DNA of 64,000 nt from the human T2T-CHM13v2.0 reference genome, Homo sapiens, in the NCBI RefSeq assembly GCF_009914755.1, contig NC_060928.1; one strand, written 5' to 3'. Under the pieces are notes generated by a model, which worked only from the letters and a program-made list of their open reading frames with translations, ran no database searches and was not told where the DNA came from. Positions 55,200 to 64,000 of the stretch are shown here, one piece after another. The translations under genes and the position numbers were made by a program. Position 1 is the first letter of the stretch, and every line of letters starts with the position of its first letter.

Positions 55200-56659
55200 A
55201 GGATTTCCTCTGCAAACTCCACAAGAAGCTATTCATTATGCTTCCTCAAGCAGCCCATGAAGAATCCATTGAAAATGAAATACAACTTAAAGCTCTAAAT
55301 CTTGATACTTTCTTGAAATGGTTCTTTTTGAATGGCTTACACCACTTACAGATCAATGCAATGGCAGTACATGAGGAGGGGATTTCAAGAATTCTGGCTT
55401 ATATCTGAGATACCTGAGAGTCTGCATGCTGTTTGAGACTGCTGGGAGTAGTTTCACATAAGTATAAAATTCTGTCACAGATATCAACCTCTTTAAGTTA
55501 AAATACTGCAGGACTAACCATAGCAAGAGTCGCCGCAAGGTAATCTCAAAGGAAGCAGGTCAGGATCAGTGGTGATAGAATGTTGCATATTGGAAGTATC
55601 ATTGAAAAGATATATTAATATGTGTGTCTAATCTTGTTTCAGTCTTACAAGGTCCTCTGGGGAAGAAAGAGACAGAGAGAGAGAAAGAGAAGGAGAAGTG
55701 GTGAATGTGTACTGTACATGTTATATATTAATGCAAAGAAAGCAGTGAGTGGACCTATTGCCACTAACCAACTGTTACTGAAAAGAAACTAAAAAGATGT
55801 CCTATTATTCTAGGTTGATTGTATAGACAGAGTTTTAAATGAATTTTGCATAGGATAAAGGATTCTTGATAGTGCTTGTCAAAATACTCCCACTCCTAGA
55901 ACAGTAAGGAATATTGAGTTTTAGACTGAGAGGAAAGCCACAGACACATGACCTTACTCTAAGCCTCCCCAAAGTTTATCTAATCACAATGATTACTAAC
56001 AAAGATGGTCATGCATTTATATCTCCTCATAGGAAAACAATCTGATGAGAAAATAATAATTGTATGGAGGAATAGAACACACCAAACACATTAAATTTGT
56101 TTTAATACTTTAGAGAAATTTGAGTTTAGTTACAAGACTATGCCTATATACAAGCTGAAGTAGAAAATTAAGAAAGGAAAGCTTTACTTAAAAAGAAAAT
56201 GTGTCTGAAATTAAGAGAGAATACGTCTAGCTTATTGAAAGACCTGAATTCTCTAAGCCACTTTCCTTTTGAATCCAGGAGACCATTTGCCCCTGCTGAT
56301 GTATTGCACCCTACAAGCTACTGCAGGTAACAGTTCCAAGTGATCTACTTCAAGTAGCAGGCAGCTTCACTATGTCCTGTTCTGGGATTAACTCACAAAT
56401 CTGGTGCTGAGTTAAACAACAGTGTAGATCATGTGAAGCTTCACAAGACCACACATCTCTCTGACTCTCCTCTGCTGTGAGTTTATTGAAAGTTGAATTT
56501 GCCATTAAGTGTTTTAGAGTCTATATAAGATGCTAAAACTGATCAATACTCTTGTAATAATTCAATAATCATAGGGACTAATTCCATATACAGTATTTTT
56601 CAGCAGCTCTATCCTATGAATAATACTGATAGTAATAATAATAGTAGTAACAATTCCAT

Positions 56660-56900
56660 TAGAGAAGCAGAGTATAGTGGTTCAAATAATGGACTGCAAA
56701 TAAACAATCTAGACTCTTATTTCTTTCCTACCGTTAACAAACCTCTTGAGCAATTTCTTGGTGCCTCATTTCCTCTGAGAAATGTAAGAAATTATACGGC
56801 CCACTTCACCTGGTTGCATGAGGATTAGTAGATTTTATATCTATATTTATGTACCTATATATCACGTAAAATATACTTGGTGCGTAATACACTAATGATT
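56660..56900 (+). mobile_element. MIR
   Basis: CTTGAGCAA...GTGCCTCATTTCCTC...TGTAA...GGTTGCATGAGGATTA. Confidence 0.7.
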
Positions 56901-57843
56901 CTTTTCACATATATAGATATTTGTCCATTGTAACTCAGGCAGTCAGTACCAAGAACATGCCTTTATGTAATAGTGGATGTTGGCTCCCCTAACCTCCTCA
57001 GCCTGATCAGACTAATTAGCCTTTAATCTTTTCCTATCAGCAGCGTAATATTTAATCATAATTTAACACCGCTTTTCACCATCTCAAATCTATGCATAGA
57101 CCAAAAGCAAATAGTTCCTACTAGAATCATGGATCAATGAAAACTTTCTTTACCACTAAGATGTTGAATTTGTTGCCATAATGGGAAAGAGAGGCCTTTC
57201 GTGCTTTCTCAATAGGGCTAACTAGGTTGATTATTGATGTTCCAAATAGGCACTCTGTCTTTGCCCATAGTCCCCATTTTACCTCCACAGAATAGAAGAA
57301 CAAGAATGGCTTCAAACACATGCTGGGTAACCTAAAGGCAAAAATAAACACCTTATTTACTAGTAACTCTCTTTCAACAAATTTATTTGGTTTGGCAGTA
57401 TACATTAAATTGTATATGTATCTTACATAAAGCATCCCTTCGGATTGGTAAAAGGTATATTTTAAAAGTGGGCTGACCATATAAACTAACAATTCACACA
57501 AGGGGAAACACAATTAACATGAAGGCAGAAAATTGCCAGGCACTATAATTTCAAAATGCAAGTTAAAAGTGTAATTAGATACAGTTTGACACATACTTAA
57601 TTAGCAAAACATTTAAAAACTATCCTGTGCTGGTAAGAGTGTCTTGAAAGAAGATGGTCTTCATTTGTTTAATGTAAGATAACGAAAAGCTTTTCAAAAA
57701 TAATATAATAATATCTTAAACAAACAAAAAATTATGCTCTTTAATTCAGTAATAATACTAAGAATTTAACCTAAGAGAATAATTATTTTTAAAAATTAAT
57801 ATTCAGTAAAACAATACTTAGAAATAAGCTAGAGAAAAGACAA

Positions 57844-61352
<3,509 letters not shown>

Positions 61353-61355
61353 GAA

Positions 61356-61432
61356 TCAGAAAACCAAACACCGCATGTTCTCACTCATAAGTGGGAGCTG
61401 AACAATGAGAACACTTGGACACAGGGAGGGGA
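61356..61432 (+). mobile_element. Second short L1PA 3' UTR fragment
   Basis: CAGAAAACCAAACACCGCATGTTCTCACTCATAAGTGGGAGCTGAAC...GGGAGGGGA; paralogous to 61093-61170. Confidence 0.9.
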
Positions 61433-62064
61433 TCTCTCAAAATTAATGTTTTGTTTACATTTGAAGTATATTTCCTATCAAATTCTGAAATCAATTAAAG
61501 ATTACAGACTAATCCAACACATATTTGCAATCCACATCTGTATTTTTCGTATGCAAAATACTGGCATAATGGATTCTACACCTCAAAACTAGAAATATTC
61601 CTTGTGGCTCGTAGGCTGCCTATGCGGTAAAGACAGCCTTCAGGATTCTGCACACACAGCTTTATTTTCTCAAAAGGATTCTGCCAGTTGAATTTTTTTA
61701 ATTATTTCATGACTCAAATGAATGTTGGGAAAAGAATTGGCCCCAGAGTCTAAATTAGTTGTATACCTCCTTTTCTTATGCATGATTAGTTAAGCCAGAC
61801 TGGAGCTCTTCTTTTGAATATACATGATACAAAGTAGGATTATAAAAAAGTGAATTTAGCTTTATTTCAATTAATTATAATAAACATTAGTTACCTGGAA
61901 TAGATCAGACACTGTGCTAAGTTTAGCATGTGAGGAAGATTAAGTTGTGGTTCTTGCTCCCCGGTACCTGTTAGTTTCATGACTTTGCCTTGTGAAATGC
62001 TAGATGACTCTAACTGCAATTACAAACTGCTACAGCAATATTAGCAAGGACTTGGAGTTCAGTG

Positions 62065-62173
62065 GAGGCATTCAGAGCTGGAATGTTTGGATTCACAACA
62101 CTACTCTATCACCTATTACTTGTGTAAATTATGGCCATGGCTTCTGTGCCTTAGTATGCCTGTGTAAAATAGT
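62065..62173 (+). mobile_element. MIR fragment
   Basis: GGCATTCAGAGCTGGAATGTTTGGATTCA...TCTGTGCCTTAGT..CCTGTGTAAAAT. Confidence 0.55.
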
Positions 62174-62175
62174 TA

Positions 62176-64000
62176 GAAGCATGCCTTGGAGATATTGAGG
62201 ATTTGGTACCAGATCACCACAGAAAGCTAAATATTGCAATAAAGTGAGTCACACACATTTTTTGGTTTCCCAGTACGTATAAAAATAATGTTGACACTAT
62301 ATTGTTGTTTGTGTGCAATAGCATATGCCTAAAGAAAAACAAGGTATATACTTTAATTAAAATTGTTGCTAAAAATGCTAATGATTACCTGAGCCTTCAG
62401 TGAGTCATAATCTTTTGGCTGGTGGATGGTCTTGCCTCTATTTTAATGACTGCTGACTAATCAGGGTGGTGGTTGCTGAAGGCTGAGGTGACTGGGACAA
62501 TTTCTTAAAATAAGACAATGATAATTTTTGCCACATTGATTGTGTCTTTCTTTCATGAAAGGTTTCTCTTAGCATGTGACGTTTGACAGCATCTTATTCA
62601 CAGCAGAACTTCTTTAAAAGCCAGAGACCATCCTCTCAAATCCTACTACTGCTTTATCAACTAAGTTGATAAAATATTCTAAGTCTTTGTTTTCATTTAA
62701 ACAATTTTCACATCTTCACCAGAGGTAGATTCTATTTCAACAAACCACTTTTTTTGCTCAGCCATAAAAGCAACTCTCATCCATTCGTGTTTTATCATGA
62801 GATTGCAGCAATTCAGTCACATCTTCAGGGTCCACTTCTAATTCTAGTTCCCCTGCTATTTCCATGACATTTGCAATTATTAAGTCCACTAACTCTTAAA
62901 CCCCTCAAAGTCATCTACAAGTGTTGAAATCAAACACCATTAATGTTGTATTTTGTAATAATGTTGTAATGTTTTAAATTCCCATTTTTGTTGGTATTTT
63001 GACCTCCTCCCATAATTCACAAATGTTCTTAATTACATTTAGAATGATGACTTTTTTCCAGAAGGTTTTTAATTGACTTTGCCCAGATCCATCAAAGGAA
63101 TCACTATCTATGGCAGCTATAGCCTTGCAAAGTGTATTTATTAAATAATAAGACCTAAAAGTAAAAATTACTCCTCATTCCATGGACTGAAGAATTGATG
63201 TTGTGTTAGCAGGCATAAAAGCAACATTAATCTCCTTGTACATTTTCATCAGAGCTATTTGGTGACTAGGAACCTACCTGGTCAATGGGCTGTAATAGTT
63301 TGAAATAAATCTTTCTCTGAGCAGTGGGCTTAAAATATTTAGTAAAGCACTCTATAAACAGATGTGCTGTCACCCAGGCTTTGTTGTTCCATTCATAGAG
63401 TACAGGAAGAGTAGATTTAGCATAATCTTAAGGGCCTTAGGATTTTCAGAATAGTAAATTAGCCTTGGCTTCAATTTAAAGTCACCAGCTGCATTAGCTC
63501 CTAACAAGAGAGTCAGCATGTCTTTGAAACTTTTAAGGTCAACACTGACTTTTCTTCTCTAGCTATGAAAGTCTTAGATGACATCTTCTTCCAATACAAG
63601 GCTGTTTCATCTACATTGGAAATATGTGTGTATTATAGTCACCTTCATCAATTACTTTAGCCAGACCTTCTAGATCAGTTGCTGCAGCTTCTACATCAGC
63701 AGTTTATACTTCACCTTGCACTTCTATGCTCTAGAGACAGCTTCTTCCCTTAAACTTCATGAACTAATCTCTGCTACCTTCCAACTTTTCTTCTGCAGCT
63801 TTCCCACCTCTCTCAGCCTTCATAGAACTGAAGAAAGTTAGGGACTTGCTCTGGATTAGAGAATGCCATGACCAGTTTGATTTTGTAACCAGACCACTTT
63901 AACTCTCCAACTCAGCAAGAAGGCTGTTTCACTTTATCATTTGTGTGTTCACTGAGAGTAGCACTTCTAATTTTCTTTAAGAACTTTTCCTTTGCATTTC
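62176..64000 (-). mobile_element. Tigger1 DNA transposon with decayed transposase, running off the window end
   Basis: TA then TIR-like GCATGCCTTGGAGATATTG...CCAGATCACC; the minus strand near 63180-63235 encodes EINVAFMPANTTSILQSM (pogo/DDE_1 motif). Confidence 0.93.

Noticed and set aside
56616-56828. Asn/Ser-rich 70-aa ORF
   Set aside because: (AAT/AGT)n low-complexity sequence running into a MIR.
62176-64000. Domesticated TIGD1-like transposase gene
   Set aside because: No ORF of 60 aa or more within the element in the supplied track; a stop follows the catalytic-region motif.

Overview
AT-rich primate (human-like catarrhine) non-coding DNA, judged from AluJ/S/Y, L1PA, THE1 and a HERV-H LTR7. 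I found no host exon, CpG island, tRNA/rRNA gene or intact protein-coding gene. Every ORF with recognisable homology is a decayed transposon or retroviral remnant. The window is a layered record of mobile elements: a two-LTR ERV-L relic (~4.8-8.9 kb), solo LTRs (MLT2A2, LTR7, MER83-like, LTR28-like, MSTB, several MLT1), two complete THE1 elements in opposite orientation, a 3'-deleted ERV1 provirus with a tRNA-Pro PBS and readable gag-pro, old L1M/L2/MIR, a 3.5-kb L1PA, Tigger1, Tigger3b, MER5A, MER53 and eleven Alu-family copies. The most interesting observations are (i) early-embryo-type LTRs whose DUX4 and SOX motifs are intact in some copies and broken in others, (ii) two LTRs back-to-back only 19 bp apart, and (iii) several short patchworks of local direct and inverted repeats that look like templated DNA-repair scars. 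The sequence does not support a new gene system. Repeat subfamily names come from recalled consensus sequences and need Dfam/RepeatMasker confirmation, and boundaries of old elements are approximate.
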